A stretch of DNA of 64,000 nucleotides from Gammaproteobacteria bacterium (GTDB lineage Bacteria; Pseudomonadota; Gammaproteobacteria; SZUA-229). Made by a program: the position numbers and the translations under genes. The stretch is taken from assembly GCA_013041745.1 (NCBI GenBank), contig JABDRN010000112.1, forward strand, positions 596 to 64,595, written 5' to 3'. Each line of letters opens with the position of its first letter. The stretch's first letter is position 1. Positions 38,158 through 48,998 of the stretch are shown here, in pieces. The notes beneath the pieces were generated by a model. That model did not search any database. It was not told the origin of the DNA and saw nothing but the letters and a program-made list of their open reading frames with translations.

Positions 38158-39885
38158 TCAATCAGCAAATATCTCGTCGTGAACCGAGCGCCAGATTTCT
38201 TCACCGAAGGCATCCTGAATGACCAATGGCAACGCGACAGAGCCTTGAGATAACAGCCGGTCATGGAACTCCTTGAGCTCAGCTTTGCCAACACTCGTGA
38301 TATCACCGAGAACCTTGTCACGCGTTTTTAAAATAATCTCTCTGCCGACGGCATAACACAACGGCGTCGTAGCCGCACTGCTATACCAGTTGATCTCCAG
38401 TTTAGCCTGCAAGGCATCAAAGCCCAGTCTATCAACCAGCAGGTTTACCGCGTCATCGAAGCTGATCTGACCGGTGTGAAGCTTTACATCGACGATAACC
38501 CTTAACGCGCGCCACAGGCGATCACGCAACATCATGAACTGATGTTCTTTTTTATCATACAGGCCCTGCTCAAAAACCAGTTGCTCGCAATACAGGGCCC
38601 AGCCTTCATACATACTGGCGGAAGCGTGGAGTAATCGCGTTACATTGCATTTGTGGCTTTGATTAGCGATAACGAACTGCAGGTGATGCCCGGGAAAAGC
38701 CTCATGCACCGAGGTGAGGTCTATACTGAAATCATTGTGCTCGACCAGTAGAGCCTCATCCTTGACCGTAGTCACATAGTAAAGACCTCGCTGCTCATCA
38801 TCTTGCGGCATGGGCGGCTCATACGCTGCAAAAGGGATGAGCTCACGCATGAACACCGGTGTCTGCAATACTTTTAATGATTGTTTTTCAGGTACAGTTA
38901 CGATATCTGACTTAAGCAGCCAGCTATGCGCTGCCTGCATCTTTTTGCGATATGTGTCCAGCAACTGGGATGCATCTGGATGTTTTGCGCGAACCTTATC
39001 CAGGGCTTTAGCGATATCCTGCTCACCGCAGATCTGTTCGCTCTTTAGCAACAACTCTTCTTCGGTCTGTCGTGCCAGGCGCTCACCAAAAGCAAGGACT
39101 TTATTGGCATCGACCTGCAAAAAGTGCTTCTCTTTCAACAAGCGGTTAAAACGGTTATAGCCAGATGCAAACTTACCCTTTGCCCTTGGCATGACATCTT
39201 TTTCGAGATAGACAGAAAAATCCTGCAGGGCATTGGCGGCATCATCAAGCAATGGTTGCAACCTTGCCGGGCTGGAAAACTTTGCTGCAATCAACGGATG
39301 TCGCGCCAGCCCTCGAACAAAATCGGCACCCGATGCTGAAACATCTTTTGCTGTAGCCGCCCATTGCGGCACGACACGCTCAGGATAATGCGCCAGCATC
39401 ACTTTTGCACCACGCAGGTACTCAGGGATTATTTGCAGCCGATTTTCTATTGCCTCGTGGAAATTTTTACCGGGATGAATGAGCAACTGGTAAATAGCAT
39501 TCACAGGCACATAATCTACCGGGTTTCGGTAACGCCAGTCGTTTTCTTCCAGGTCGTGCAACTCGACCGTTATCGCCCCCTTGATTAACTGAAAATCTGT
39601 CTGCCGCACCTGATCCAGCTTTTCTATGTTCAGTTCATCCAGGGCAGACAGCATCTTCTGGTTCAATGCCAGCAAGGCGCCGATATCGTCATGTTCATAG
39701 CTGGTCAACAGCTCGGCATAGTCGTATACACCGACATCTACCGCGTGTTCTGGATGATATCGAAACCAGGAATGATAGAACTGCCCACAGAGGTCATCAA
39801 ACTGTTTATAAGCGATGTTGAAGTGTGCTCCGGTACTGGCGCGCCCACAGTTAACGTTGATGGCAGAACCTTCAGATTGCGACAT
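38158..39885 (-). CDS. DUF885 family protein (metallopeptidase-like fold)
   Basis: HEAFPGHHLQ, EGWALYCE, LWRALRVIVDVKLH, FHDRLLSQG. Confidence 0.85.
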   Translation of the reverse strand: MSQSEGSAINVNCGRASTGAHFNIAYKQFDDLCGQFYHSWFRYHPEHAVDVGVYDYAELLTSYEHDDIGALLALNQKMLSALDELNIEKLDQVRQTDFQLIKGAITVELHDLEENDWRYRNPVDYVPVNAIYQLLIHPGKNFHEAIENRLQIIPEYLRGAKVMLAHYPERVVPQWAATAKDVSASGADFVRGLARHPLIAAKFSSPARLQPLLDDAANALQDFSVYLEKDVMPRAKGKFASGYNRFNRLLKEKHFLQVDANKVLAFGERLARQTEEELLLKSEQICGEQDIAKALDKVRAKHPDASQLLDTYRKKMQAAHSWLLKSDIVTVPEKQSLKVLQTPVFMRELIPFAAYEPPMPQDDEQRGLYYVTTVKDEALLVEHNDFSIDLTSVHEAFPGHHLQFVIANQSHKCNVTRLLHASASMYEGWALYCEQLVFEQGLYDKKEHQFMMLRDRLWRALRVIVDVKLHTGQISFDDAVNLLVDRLGFDALQAKLEINWYSSAATTPLCYAVGREIILKTRDKVLGDITSVGKAELKEFHDRLLSQGSVALPLVIQDAFGEEIWRSVHDEIFAD

Positions 39886-39897
39886 ACTCACCCAACT

Positions 39898-40317
39898 TTA
39901 ATCTTCTTCTATTATTTCAAAATCATGTGTCACATCGACACTTTTAGCCAGCATGATCGATACCGAACAATATTTCTCAGCAGTCATTTCTACCGCACGC
40001 GCCACCTTTTTTTCATCAAGGGCTTTACCTTTCACGATGTAATGCACATGGATCCTGGTAAATACCTTGGGCACTGTATCTGCGCGCTCCGCAGACAGCT
40101 CAACATGACAATCGGTTATATCCTGACGTTGTCGTTGCAGGATGAGCACGGTATCAAAGGCTGTGCAACCACCCATTCCTAACAACACCATCTCCATCGG
40201 TCTGACACCAAGATTGCGTCCGCCGCTATCAGGAGGGCCATCCATCACCACGGAATGACCGCTTTCTGATTCGCCAACAAAAGACATGTTATCTAACCAT
40301 TTTACAACTGCTTTCAT
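39898..40317 (-). CDS. OsmC/YhfA family protein
   Basis: RPMEMVLLGMGGCT, EKYCSVS; divergent from crp. Confidence 0.9.
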   Translation of the reverse strand: MKAVVKWLDNMSFVGESESGHSVVMDGPPDSGGRNLGVRPMEMVLLGMGGCTAFDTVLILQRQRQDITDCHVELSAERADTVPKVFTRIHVHYIVKGKALDEKKVARAVEMTAEKYCSVSIMLAKSVDVTHDFEIIEED

Positions 40318-40426
40318 GTTTATCTCTATCTATATTTGGTTGTTATATTTATCTGAATTCTTTAGCTTTTTAATATTGTTGTGTATTATCTACTATAAAC
40401 AGAGGAGGTCCTCAGCGGTAATACAA

Positions 40427-41077
40427 ATGAGCATTATCAGAGAAATTCCAACACTGAATCCTTCATTAGAGCACCTGTTGAAGTTCTCTCACCGTAAGTC
40501 TTACAAAGCTAAAAAAATCATAATTCATGAAGGCGATGCTTCAAACAGCCTGTACTATATCATCGAGGGCTCGGTAAGCGTACTGGCAGAAAGCGAAACC
40601 GGAGAAGAAATCATCCTGGCACAGTTAAACCAGGGAGATTTTTTTGGTGAAGCTGGTTTATTCGAATTCGATAACAGTAATGAAGGCAAACGAACCGCTC
40701 GTGTTATCGCGCGCAGTGACTGTACCATCGCTGAAATCGGTTATGCACAATTCAAACAGATCGTCGCTGAAGACCCTGCGGTGATGTTCCTCCTGACCGG
40801 CCAGATCTTCCACCGCCTGAAAAAAACCAGCATGAAAGTTCGCGACCTGATCTTCCTGGACGTGAAAGGTCGGATCGCACACTGCCTGCTGGAACTGAGC
40901 GACCAGCCTGATGCCATGACACACCCCGATGGCATGCAGATAAAGACAACCCGGCAGGACCTGGCCAAGATGGTTGGCTGTTCACGTGAGATGGCAGGCA
41001 GAGTGCTGAAAGAACTGGAAGATGAAGATCTGATTACCGCGCATGGCAAGACAATCGTCGTATTTGGTACACGCTAG
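40427..41077 (+). CDS. crp: cAMP receptor protein Crp/Vfr
   Basis: GDFFGEAGLF, RTARV, LDVKGRIA, AMTHPDGMQI.TTRQ, GCSREMAGRVLK, VVFGTR. Confidence 0.94.
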   Translation: MSIIREIPTLNPSLEHLLKFSHRKSYKAKKIIIHEGDASNSLYYIIEGSVSVLAESETGEEIILAQLNQGDFFGEAGLFEFDNSNEGKRTARVIARSDCTIAEIGYAQFKQIVAEDPAVMFLLTGQIFHRLKKTSMKVRDLIFLDVKGRIAHCLLELSDQPDAMTHPDGMQIKTTRQDLAKMVGCSREMAGRVLKELEDEDLITAHGKTIVVFGTR

Positions 41078-41080
41078 CTA

Positions 41081-41881
41081 CTACAGAAAAAGTTCCGCTA
41101 ATTTCTCACCCGGATTTTCCGCACGCATAAAAGCCTCGCCTACCAGAAACGCACTCACACCATTGTCTCGCATCAGCTCGACATCTGCCCTGCTGTGAAT
41201 ACCTGACTCGGTCACCAGGATATGGTCATCACTGACCATATTGACCATCGACAGTGTTGTATCCAGCGAGGTAGCAAAAGTACGCAGGTTTCGGTTATTA
41301 ATTCCGATCAGGCGCGCACCTGTTTTAAGCGCACGCAGCATCTCCTGCTCATCATGCACTTCCATCAATACATCCATGCCCAGCTCATGCGCAAGATCAA
41401 AGAGAGCCTGCAGGTCGCCATCGTCGAGTGCCGAGACGATCAACAGGATGCAGTCTGCATTGATAGCTCGCGCTTCATAAACCTGGTAAGGGTCAATGAT
41501 AAAATCCTTACGGATGACAGGAAGCTGGCAAGCTGCCCTGGCCTGTTTTAAATATTCTTCATCACCCTGAAAGTAATCCTTGTCAGTCAGAACCGAAAGG
41601 CAGGCCGCGCCATTCTCAGCGTAACTCCTGGCAATCTCTGCAGCTTCGAAATTCTCTCTAAGCAGGCCTTTGCTGGGTGAGGCTTTTTTTATCTCAGCGA
41701 TGACTGCCGATCGATTATTATTGATCTTGTTTTCGATCGAGCTGATAAATCCGCGCACAGCATCTGCGCTTTCACACTGCTGCTTCAGATCATCGATAGA
41801 CACCGAAGCAGAGCGTTCAGCGACCTCTTCATGTTTCCTGTTGAGGATCTTTACCAATATATCCGGAGTGTCGCTACTCAT
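41081..41881 (-). CDS. trpC: Indole-3-glycerol phosphate synthase
   Basis: [36 protein letters not shown]. Confidence 0.97.
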   Translation of the reverse strand: MSSDTPDILVKILNRKHEEVAERSASVSIDDLKQQCESADAVRGFISSIENKINNNRSAVIAEIKKASPSKGLLRENFEAAEIARSYAENGAACLSVLTDKDYFQGDEEYLKQARAACQLPVIRKDFIIDPYQVYEARAINADCILLIVSALDDGDLQALFDLAHELGMDVLMEVHDEQEMLRALKTGARLIGINNRNLRTFATSLDTTLSMVNMVSDDHILVTESGIHSRADVELMRDNGVSAFLVGEAFMRAENPGEKLAELFL

Positions 41882-41903
41882 AATCTCTACTATTTCTTGC
41901 CTA

Positions 41904-42929
41904 TTACACAGCGTTGGTCTTTGCGATTAACTGCTCCAGCTTGTCAGCGGCCGCGCCGCTGGCGATGACATCCTGGGCTTTTTTCACCCCTTCCGCCAGT
42001 GACTCAGCGAGGTCTGCAGCATAGATCGCGGCACCGGCATTCAAACAGACGATGTCTTTTGCCGGGCCATCAGTGTTATTAAAGATATCTTTTATGATCT
42101 CCAGGCTATGCGCCGAATCCGATGCCCTTATCTGTTCGAGCTCTGCGCGTGACATAGCAAAATCTTCAGGCGCGATGGTATAGGTAGTGATGACGCCATC
42201 ATTCAGTTCGGCGACAAAAGTCGGCGTGGCGATACTGATCTCATCCATGCCATCTTCTGCATGCACCACAAGCACATGGTTACTGCCCAGCTGTTTTAGA
42301 ACATGCGCCAGAGGTTCCACCAGGTCTTTACTGAATACACCGAGGACCTGGTTTGGCGCAGCGGCAGGATTGGTTAACGGGCCCAGTACATTGAAGATAG
42401 TGCGCACCGCCATCTCGCGTCGCGGCCCGATAGCATGCTTCATCGCACTGTGATGCAGCGGTGCAAACATGAAACCGACACCTATCTCGTTGACACAGCT
42501 GGCCACCTGCTGCGGGCTTATCTCGAGGTTAACACCCGCCGTCTCAAGTACATCGGCACTGCCAGACTTACTGCTGATCGAACGATTACCGTGTTTTGCG
42601 ACCTTGCCACCCGCTGCCGCTACCACGATTGCACTGGCAGTAGAAATATTAAAACTGCCTGAAGAGTCACCGCCGGTACCACAGGTATCCACCAGGTGAT
42701 CTTTATCGACTTCGACTTTGCTGGCGAGATCACGCATGACACCAGCCGCAGCAGCGATCTCATCGATGCTCTCACCTTTCATCCGTAGACCGATGAGGAA
42801 ACCACCTACCTGCGCCGGGGTGGCCTCTCCCGTCATTATCAGGCGCATTACGTCACTCATTTCCTGTGTTGTGAGGTCACGTTTCTCGGTTACAGCTTTT
42901 ATAGCTTGTTGCATTGTTATAGTAGCCAT
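41904..42929 (-). CDS. trpD: Anthranilate phosphoribosyltransferase
   Basis: [40 protein letters not shown]. Confidence 0.97.
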   Translation of the reverse strand: MATITMQQAIKAVTEKRDLTTQEMSDVMRLIMTGEATPAQVGGFLIGLRMKGESIDEIAAAAGVMRDLASKVEVDKDHLVDTCGTGGDSSGSFNISTASAIVVAAAGGKVAKHGNRSISSKSGSADVLETAGVNLEISPQQVASCVNEIGVGFMFAPLHHSAMKHAIGPRREMAVRTIFNVLGPLTNPAAAPNQVLGVFSKDLVEPLAHVLKQLGSNHVLVVHAEDGMDEISIATPTFVAELNDGVITTYTIAPEDFAMSRAELEQIRASDSAHSLEIIKDIFNNTDGPAKDIVCLNAGAAIYAADLAESLAEGVKKAQDVIASGAAADKLEQLIAKTNAV

Positions 42930-42969
42930 AGTTGTCTTTTCCGCCTTCGTTTAGATCACCAGTCAGGTG

Positions 42970-43551
42970 TTACTTGGATTTTAAAAAGTTGTTTAGCAGA
43001 TCGTGTCCATGCTCGGTCAGTATCGATTCTGGATGAAACTGTACACCTTCGACATTCATCGTCTTATGCCGTACTCCCATGATCTCATCCATTTCACCGT
43101 TATCTGTCTCTGTCCAGGCAGTGATCTCAAGGCAGTCTGGTAACGACTCTTTTTCGATGACCAGTGAATGATAACGTGTCGCAGTATATGGATTGCTCAG
43201 ACCTTCGAATACATGCGCATTCTTATGGTAGATACGCGAGGTCTTGCCATGCATGATCTCTCTGGCATGAACAATCTTGCCACCAAAGACCTGGCCGATA
43301 CTCTGATGGCCGAGACAGACACCGAGGATGGGGACCTCACCAGCGAAGGATTCGATAGCCTGCATCGAGATACCGGCTTCATCCGGTGTGCAGGGCCCCG
43401 GCGAGATCATCAGTTTTTCGGGTTTTTTGGCTCGAATCTCATCCACGGTAATTTCATCATTACGATACACCTCCACATCCGCACCCAGCTCACCCAGATA
43501 CTGCACCAGGTTGTAGGTAAAAGAGTCGTAATTGTCTATCATCAATAGCAT
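42970..43551 (-). CDS. trpG: Anthranilate synthase component II (glutamine amidotransferase)
   Basis: [34 protein letters not shown]. Confidence 0.95.
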   Translation of the reverse strand: MLLMIDNYDSFTYNLVQYLGELGADVEVYRNDEITVDEIRAKKPEKLMISPGPCTPDEAGISMQAIESFAGEVPILGVCLGHQSIGQVFGGKIVHAREIMHGKTSRIYHKNAHVFEGLSNPYTATRYHSLVIEKESLPDCLEITAWTETDNGEMDEIMGVRHKTMNVEGVQFHPESILTEHGHDLLNNFLKSK

Positions 43552-43589
43552 ATCAAATTCACTTCTTTAACTGACTTCGTTCTTTGTAT

Positions 43590-44600
43590 TCACTGCACAG
43601 CATATGGCGAAGCCATCGGTTCGCCGACAAAAAGTCCCTGGCCTGGCCAGGCCACACTTTTCCAGTATGCCTCTATAAGAGACTCACCATTAGTGTAACG
43701 CTCGATCACAATACCCGGATTAGGAAACTTCTGGGTAAATGCACAAGGTTCCACGACAGTGCCATAACTGGCTGTTGCCCCGGCATCTAGCCAGCGCAAC
43801 AGGCTCATCTGCTTCCGGCCGAACAGGTTGCCACCACTGGAAGTCAGGTGATCTGCGATGGCTCCGGGCAGATACTGGTTACTCTCGATAGACCTGACTT
43901 TTTTCAGACCGGTGAAATAAAACATCACATCGTCTTTATTCTCAAGTATGTCACTATCGACCTGCTTTATATTTATCTGTTCTGACAGCAGTTCTTTTAT
44001 CACCCGGTAACGCCTTGAACGCACATTCCGTGCTTTATCGGAGGTGCTCATCAGGTAAGCGGTGGCTTCAGGCTGCGAACCATCGGCCGCCACGCCACGA
44101 TCGATCATTTCATATACCTGCTGCAGCGAACTTCCAGCCAGCATCATGCTCGGCCTTATCTGCAGCTCATCACTCGGCAAACCACTATTCGAATTATAGT
44201 AGTTACTCATCCTCGTTTGCTTACAGCCTTTGGCGCAAAACGAGCTATCGAAGCCAAAAGTAAAGGCAGAGGTGATCGACATGCAGCCCACTTTAAATGG
44301 CTTGCTCCAGGCCAGCGCATAGTATTGCACATTGCCTGGTGTCTGCTCTAACACCTGCTGATAGATATCAGTAAATTTCTTCTCATCTATCGTTTTCTTA
44401 TCTGCCGACATGCTGATCTTTATAATGTTCTGCAGTGGGATGTTGCGTTTCTTCTGATAGTAATCAGCAATCAAACGGCTATCAGCATCTTCCATATTGA
44501 CTACTATCGCCACCTGTTGCGCAGTAATTGCTGCATAAACCAGCGGGGCAGAACTAAAAAACAGCAGTATCAGTACAATAATTTTCAAAAACTGCATCAT
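43590..44600 (-). CDS. Exported protein, TIGR03790-like
   Basis: Signal peptide; S..IADYY..KR.IP, GAIADHLTS.GG, ATASYGTVVEPC, QGLFVGEP motifs recalled for this family. Confidence 0.72.
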   Translation of the reverse strand: MMQFLKIIVLILLFFSSAPLVYAAITAQQVAIVVNMEDADSRLIADYYQKKRNIPLQNIIKISMSADKKTIDEKKFTDIYQQVLEQTPGNVQYYALAWSKPFKVGCMSITSAFTFGFDSSFCAKGCKQTRMSNYYNSNSGLPSDELQIRPSMMLAGSSLQQVYEMIDRGVAADGSQPEATAYLMSTSDKARNVRSRRYRVIKELLSEQINIKQVDSDILENKDDVMFYFTGLKKVRSIESNQYLPGAIADHLTSSGGNLFGRKQMSLLRWLDAGATASYGTVVEPCAFTQKFPNPGIVIERYTNGESLIEAYWKSVAWPGQGLFVGEPMASPYAVQ

Positions 44601-44615
44601 GATTGTGTCAAATAT

Positions 44616-46127
44616 TTACTGACTGGAATCGAGGCCTGCTTCAGCCAGTGATACCGCACGAAAAATAGCACGCGCTTTATTCATTGTCTCTGCCCATTCA
44701 TTTTCAGGTATAGAGTCATATACGATGCCGGCACCTGCCTGTATCGACAGGTGCTTGTCTTTTATCACCGCGGTACGGATCGCGATCGCTGTGTCCATAT
44801 TACCGTTCCATGAGAGGTAACCGACTGCCCCCGAATAGATCCCCCTTTTTACCGGTTCGAATTCATCGATAATCTCCATGGCGCGGATCTTGGGGGCTCC
44901 ACTGACGGTACCTGCCGGGAAAGTGGCGCGTAATACGTCCATTGAACTCAGCCCTTCCTCCAGTTCCCCGCTCACATTTGAGACGATATGCATTACATGT
45001 GAGTAACGCTCGACCACCATCTTGTCGGTCAACTTCACCGTTGAGGTCTTACTTACCCTGCCGGCATCATTACGTCCCAGGTCGATAAGCATGAGGTGCT
45101 CTGCCAGTTCCTTGGGATCTGCCAGCAGCTCTTTTTCGAGAGCGATATCACTGGCCTCATCTTTACCTCGAGGACGTGTTCCAGCGATGGGCCTGACCGT
45201 GACCTGCCCATCTTCCAGTCTTACCAGTATCTCGGGGGACGAGCCAACGATGTGATGGTCACCAAGGTCCAGGTAATACATGTATGGCGAAGGGTTCAGG
45301 CTACGCAATGCTCGATATAGATTCAATGGTGGTGCATTGAAAGGGATGGTCAAACGTTGTGACAGCACCACCTGCATGATGTCACCATCGACGATATATT
45401 GCTTGGCTTTGCTGACCGCGTCCTTATAACCCTGTTCGGTAAAACCAGAGACAAAGTCTTCCTCATTGACTGCCTGAGTAATATGGTCACTTTTTGCAGG
45501 CAGCTTATTACGCAGAGCTTGAGCGATAGTTTGCAGACGAGCCTCACCCTTCTCCAGTGCATCTTCGTCACTGGTATCCGCATGGACGATTATAAACAGC
45601 TTGCCTGACAGGTTATCAAACACCACCACCTCTTCTGATACCATCAGCAGTATGTCAGGTGTCTGTAACGGGTCTGGTTTGCCGTTTTTTGCCAGGCGCT
45701 TTTCAATATAAGCGATCGTCTCATAGCCAAAATATCCGACCAGGCCACCAGTAAAACGTGGCAGCTTTTCATCTTCGAAGACTTTGAAATGCGACTGGTA
45801 GTCATCGATCCACTGCAGCGGATCCGCGACGGTCTGCTGTTTTATCAACTGCTCATCTTCATACTCACAGATCTCATGGCCAGAGATCTTGATCACCTTC
45901 TTACAGGGAAGACCGATAATAGAGTAACGCCCCCATTTTTCACCACCCTGAACAGATTCGAACAGGTAGCTATAAGGCGCATTCGCCAGTTTCAGATAGG
46001 TGCTGAGCGGCGTATCCAGGTCTGCCAGTACTTCGCGCACCAGCGGAACACGGTTAAACCCCTGTTGTTTGATATCAGAAAACTCAGATTGAGATATCTT
46101 CGATTTAGAGAATGTTTCAGCAGGCAT
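44616..46127 (-). CDS. trpE: Anthranilate synthase component I
   Basis: [55 protein letters not shown]. Confidence 0.97.
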   Translation of the reverse strand: MPAETFSKSKISQSEFSDIKQQGFNRVPLVREVLADLDTPLSTYLKLANAPYSYLFESVQGGEKWGRYSIIGLPCKKVIKISGHEICEYEDEQLIKQQTVADPLQWIDDYQSHFKVFEDEKLPRFTGGLVGYFGYETIAYIEKRLAKNGKPDPLQTPDILLMVSEEVVVFDNLSGKLFIIVHADTSDEDALEKGEARLQTIAQALRNKLPAKSDHITQAVNEEDFVSGFTEQGYKDAVSKAKQYIVDGDIMQVVLSQRLTIPFNAPPLNLYRALRSLNPSPYMYYLDLGDHHIVGSSPEILVRLEDGQVTVRPIAGTRPRGKDEASDIALEKELLADPKELAEHLMLIDLGRNDAGRVSKTSTVKLTDKMVVERYSHVMHIVSNVSGELEEGLSSMDVLRATFPAGTVSGAPKIRAMEIIDEFEPVKRGIYSGAVGYLSWNGNMDTAIAIRTAVIKDKHLSIQAGAGIVYDSIPENEWAETMNKARAIFRAVSLAEAGLDSSQ

Positions 46128-46168
46128 TATTATTTCCAGACATAATATTTAAGACGACACGGCCATGT

Positions 46169-46214
46169 AAAAAAGGCATAACGATCAGGGCAAGCATTGC
46201 GCTTCACCATCGCC
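46169..46214 (-). promoter_or_regulatory. Putative trpE attenuator hairpin
   Basis: Minus strand GGCGAUGGUGA can pair with UCGUUAUGCC (several G-U pairs) and is followed by U6; the 5' arm overlaps the leader's Trp codons and stop. Confidence 0.55.
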
Positions 46215-46266
46215 AGTGTTCAGTCGTCTCCGATAATATCAGCATGTGTCCGGAAAAATATTTCAT
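46204..46266 (-). CDS. trpL: trp leader peptide MKYFSGHMLILSETTEHWRW
   Basis: Manual translation: a 20-codon ORF ending TGG CGA TGG TGA, 76 nt upstream of trpE. Confidence 0.72.
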   Translation of the reverse strand: MKYFSGHMLILSETTEHWRW

Positions 46267-46310
46267 AGCTGGATATTAGAGCATGTAAGAAAAATATTAA
46301 AGTCTTGTTG

Positions 46311-46982
46311 TTACCAGGCGACGAGATCTATTATCTCGGTCATGGAGTCGACCACCGCATCAGGATGGTGATCACGGATATCTTCACCGTGATTATAACC
46401 ATAGGACATGCAGATGATAGAAAAGCCAGCAGCGCGGGCTGCTTCTACATCACTCATGGAATCACCGATCATCATCGATGCCGCTGGCGAAACACCAAGT
46501 TTTTCTGCAGACAGTAACAGTGGCTGTGGATCCGGTTTTCTGCGTTCAACCATATCACCACAAAGTACAGTCTCGAAATACTCACTGATACCCAGATCTC
46601 TCAGCAGTGGCAGCGTAAATTCGCTGGCCTTGTTAGTCACACAACCGATCTTTACCCCGGTTGTGACCAGAAACTCCAGGGCGTCCTCTACACCATCATA
46701 CAGACGGCTTCGTTTCGAGGTGTTTTCTGCATATAACGCACGGAAAATCGGTAAGGCTTTTTCATAAATGGCCTCATCCGGCTCGCCGTCGAGTGCATTG
46801 ATCAGTCCACGCTGGACCAGGCGCTCGACACCATTACCAACCCAGTGTCTGACGCTGGCTTCGCCCCTCGTCGGCATGTCCAGCTGTTTCAACATCTCGT
46901 CTACACAGTAAGCGAGATCGGGCACACTATCAACCAGCGTACCATCAACATCGATCAACACCATCTCGGGGCGTGGCAACAT
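46311..46982 (-). CDS. gph: Phosphoglycolate phosphatase
   Basis: DVDGTLVDSVPDL, WVGNG, KPDP.PL, IGDS, YGYNHGE; rpe-gph-trpE gene order. Confidence 0.93.
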   Translation of the reverse strand: MLPRPEMVLIDVDGTLVDSVPDLAYCVDEMLKQLDMPTRGEASVRHWVGNGVERLVQRGLINALDGEPDEAIYEKALPIFRALYAENTSKRSRLYDGVEDALEFLVTTGVKIGCVTNKASEFTLPLLRDLGISEYFETVLCGDMVERRKPDPQPLLLSAEKLGVSPAASMMIGDSMSDVEAARAAGFSIICMSYGYNHGEDIRDHHPDAVVDSMTEIIDLVAW

Positions 46983-46985
46983 CAG

Positions 46986-47678
46986 CTAGCTGCCAACTTT
47001 CGCTAATTCCGCACGCATCGCTGCAACGACTGTGTCATAGTCGTTAGCATCGTTCTCACCTTTGGCACCAAAGATTGCAGAACCGGCAACAAAGGTATCT
47101 GCACCTGCTTCCGCAATCTCGCGGATATTGTCGACCTTGACACCACCATCGATCTCGAGGCGGATATCCAGGCCTGAATTATCGATGATCTTGCGTGCCT
47201 GGCGAAGTTTATCCAGTGTTGCGGGGATGAAAGACTGGCCGCCAAAACCCGGGTTAACAGACATCAGTAGCACCATGTCTACCTTATCGAGAACGTAATC
47301 GAGGTAGCTCAGTGGCGTTGCAGGATTGAATACCAGGCCGGATTTGCAGCCACACTCACGCACGAGCTGCAGACTGCGGTCGATATGCTCACTAGCTTCC
47401 GGGTGAAAAGTGATATAGGTGGCACCTGCTTTGGCAAAATCAGGAATGATACGATCGACCGGCTTCACCATCATGTGAACATCGATATCTGCTGTTACAC
47501 CATGATTACGCAATGCTTCACAGACCAGGGGACCGATGGTCAGATTAGGAACATAATGGTTATCCATCACATCGAAATGCACGATATCTGCGCCTGATGC
47601 GAGTACATTATCTACTTCAGGCCCTAACATCGCAAAATCTGCGGAGAGTATAGATGGTGCTATTTTGAAATCTGCCAT
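46986..47678 (-). CDS. rpe: Ribulose-phosphate 3-epimerase
   Basis: [38 protein letters not shown]. Confidence 0.97.
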   Translation of the reverse strand: MADFKIAPSILSADFAMLGPEVDNVLASGADIVHFDVMDNHYVPNLTIGPLVCEALRNHGVTADIDVHMMVKPVDRIIPDFAKAGATYITFHPEASEHIDRSLQLVRECGCKSGLVFNPATPLSYLDYVLDKVDMVLLMSVNPGFGGQSFIPATLDKLRQARKIIDNSGLDIRLEIDGGVKVDNIREIAEAGADTFVAGSAIFGAKGENDANDYDTVVAAMRAELAKVGS

Positions 47679-47830
47679 GGTCAATCCTCTTGGGGTTACC
47701 GTCTAAAAAAGGCGCGCATTTTACATCATTGGCGCTGCCGACTCCACAAGTGATTCAGCCCCACCCCTTTACAGGCATCCAGCCTCGCGATTATCATGCA
47801 CTTTCCTGATTACAGCAGTGAGTTAAAAAT

Positions 47831-48286
47831 ATGTCTTACAGTATCGCACTTCACCTACTGGCAGCCGTGGTCTGGGTTGGCGGTATGATATTTGCCCACA
47901 ACTCGCTGCGACCAGCAGCAGCACAGGTTCTGGAACCACCACTGCGCCTGGAACTATGGGTTCAGGTGTTCCGTCGCTTCTTCGTCCTGGTATGGATAAG
48001 CATCGTGCTAATTCTTGCCACTGGTTACTGGATGTTGTTTAACTACTTTGGCGGATTTGCAGGTGCAGGCATACACATACATTTCATGCACGGTGCAGGT
48101 ATCATCATGGTGCTGATCTATCTGCACGTGTTTTTTGCGCCCTATCGCCGGCTAAGACAGGCTGTCATCGTTCAGGACTACCCGCTGGCAGGGGCACAGT
48201 TGAACCAGATACGCAGAATGGTGGGCATCAATATACTGATCGGCCTGACGGTTATCGTTGTCGCCAGCGCAGGGCGATACCTGTAA
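47831..48286 (+). CDS. Conserved 4-TM membrane protein (CopD-like)
   Basis: HLLAAVVWVGGM.F motif and four hydrophobic helices. Confidence 0.7.
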   Translation: MSYSIALHLLAAVVWVGGMIFAHNSLRPAAAQVLEPPLRLELWVQVFRRFFVLVWISIVLILATGYWMLFNYFGGFAGAGIHIHFMHGAGIIMVLIYLHVFFAPYRRLRQAVIVQDYPLAGAQLNQIRRMVGINILIGLTVIVVASAGRYL

Positions 48287-48505
48287 AAGGTAAGTTTTAG
48301 ACAGTGTCGCAAGTATATAGAATATTTACAATATTTAAGGTATTATCTCGCGTCAGATAAGAGAACTTGCAAAATTATGGCAAATAAACATATGATTTAT
48401 ATGGTTTTAATTGCCATGAATTCTGTTCAGCTGCCGTTCAGCTTGGTTCCTTCATAATCTTGTCGTACTATGTTTAATAAACCAAAAAAACTTAGGAGTA
48501 ACCTA

Positions 48506-48814
48506 ATGAAACGTCAAATTTTAGCCACTGCATCTGCTTTAATTCTCGCTGCAAGCACAAATGTTGCTTTTGCTGGTGACGCTGCTGCTGGAAAAGCAAA
48601 AGCCGCTTCTTGTGCTGGTTGTCACGGTGCAAACGGTATTAGCAATGTACCAACATACCCTAACCTGGCTGGTCAGAAAGAAGCATATCTCGTTAAACAG
48701 ATGAAAGCTTTTAAAGACAAGACCCGTATGGACCCAACAATGAACGCCATGGCAGCTCCTCTGAGTGACGCTGATATAGCGAATATCTCAGCATATTACG
48801 CAGGCCTGAAATAA
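48506..48814 (+). CDS. Monoheme class I cytochrome c (c553/c554-like)
   Basis: AGGAG RBS, signal peptide, CAGCH, PNLAGQK..YL, distal Met in MNAMA. Confidence 0.92.
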   Translation: MKRQILATASALILAASTNVAFAGDAAAGKAKAASCAGCHGANGISNVPTYPNLAGQKEAYLVKQMKAFKDKTRMDPTMNAMAAPLSDADIANISAYYAGLK

Positions 48815-48970
48815 CCGCACCGCCATCCATGGCTCTTTGCGGAATACCGTCCTTCCATGGACGTAACCGCACCGCCATCCATGGCTCCTTGCGGAATACC
48901 GTCCTTCCATGGACCTAACCGCAACGCCATCCATGGCTCCTTGCGGAATACCGTCTTTCCATAGACATAA
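48812..48970. repeat. Three 52-bp tandem repeats with GCCATCCATGGC and GTCCTTCCATGGAC palindromes
   Basis: Units start at 48812, 48864 and 48916 (TAACCGCACCGCCATCCATGGCTCYTTGCGGAATACCGTCCTTCCATGGACS), with few substitutions. Confidence 0.93.
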
Positions 48971-48998
48971 GAATCTGATCAATTTTTTCAGAATCCTG

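Noticed and set aside
48812-48970. Possible CRISPR array (52-bp repeats)
   Set aside because: The whole unit repeats in tandem with no variable spacers and there are no cas genes.
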